Under the pieces are notes generated by a model. It saw only the letters and a list, made by a program, of their open reading frames with translations. It had not been told where the DNA came from and searched no databases. A program made the position numbers and the translations under genes. This document shows, in pieces, positions 62,886-64,000 of a stretch of 64,000 nt of DNA (position 1 is its first letter; each line of letters opens with the position of its first letter). This DNA comes from the human T2T-CHM13v2.0 reference genome, Homo sapiens: the NCBI RefSeq assembly GCF_009914755.1, contig NC_060932.1; one strand, 5' to 3'.

Positions 62886-64000
62886 AAGTAGTTTTATGTG
62901 TCATGAACAAAACGTATTATACACATAATGAAAATTAAGTTTTCTGATTTTTAAGTTTATATGCAAATACATCTTAACATCTTATCTATTTTTTAAAAAG
63001 AGACTTCACAATGGTTTGCAATAATTACATTTTTATTTCCTGTCAGTGGATTTATGTGTGTTTGAAATGGTTTATATTTTATATGCATTTAGTTTTAATT
63101 GAATGGTATATATTTTATATTCATTCGTGATGAAGTATTTCTAAGGTAGAAAAGACCTTAAGTTGAACTCTGAAATAGCAAACACATTGTGGACATTTGT
63201 GAATTTATGTTACTTTTATATGTTTATTTCTTGACCCTTCCTCCAGAAAGCCTTCCCCTGATGTCCCCTGTCTCCAACCAGGTGGAAAAGTTGCCCCACT
63301 TTGGGACACTTATATTACCCTTTCCTGGGCCCATTTATATTACTTCCTTCCACTTTGCTCTTCTTGAGAACAGAGTTTATATAATATTTATCTTTGATCT
63401 CCAGTGCCTAACATAGTACTTAGTGAGTGTTGACTACGACTTCATGAAAGCTTAAAATGAAATAGAAGAAGATTATCTTAATGTACTGAAAATGTAAAGC
63501 CCATAGTCTGGGCTTTACGTGAGCAGGCTGAAGAGCAGGAGACCTTTGTAGCACTTCTGGAGAGGGTTTTGAACAAAGACATAGAAGCTGAGATTAGTGC
63601 TTATTCTACACAAGGCACCATTGTGGAGAGACAGGCAGTTAGAGGGGCACATAAGTTAGAGTTCTCTGTGCACAGATATGCACAGATAACAACATTAGAT
63701 AGTATTATTAAGTGCCGTAAGAGTTTAAACCATACATGGGGTGTTTTGGGAATTCAGAAATTACTTCTAATTTGGATGATTGGGGAGGGCTGTTTGTTTT
63801 TGTTTTTCTTTTTTGTCAGAGGTGTAGTGAGTAGTTTTGAAAGATGGATGAGATTTCAAGAAACTGAATGGAGACAAACTGATGACAGCTAAAGGTCTAT
63901 GTAGTGTGAAGTGGGACATTAGTTTGGGCAGAGAGTTAGGGGCCAGAATTGGGGCCTAATTCCTTAGGAATGTTGATGGAATTTGCACACAATTGTGTTT

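Overview
Human (primate) genomic DNA from inside the VPS13B (COH1, Cohen syndrome) gene, transcribed on the + strand. Four internal coding exons (12474-12881, 30124-30326, 33298-33505, 33816-34000; probably exons 36-39) splice in frame through canonical GT-AG sites. The introns hold a 5'-truncated L1PA2-like LINE-1 with a fully intact ORF2, a 16-bp TSD and a possible short 3' transduction; a LETM1 processed pseudogene; a full-length but dead L1PA4-like element; several Alus, LTRs and DNA-transposon relics. The most unusual structures are (i) a 216-bp, ~98% identical inverted copy of local sequence inserted 2.1 kb downstream, bracketed by an exact 27-bp duplication of a palindrome, and (ii) a 36-bp minisatellite built from nested palindromes. 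Both look like fold-back/template-switch products. I found no CRISPR array, RNA gene or new protein-coding system. Repeat subfamily calls, exon numbers and clinical variant positions come from recalled consensus/reference knowledge, not from a database search.
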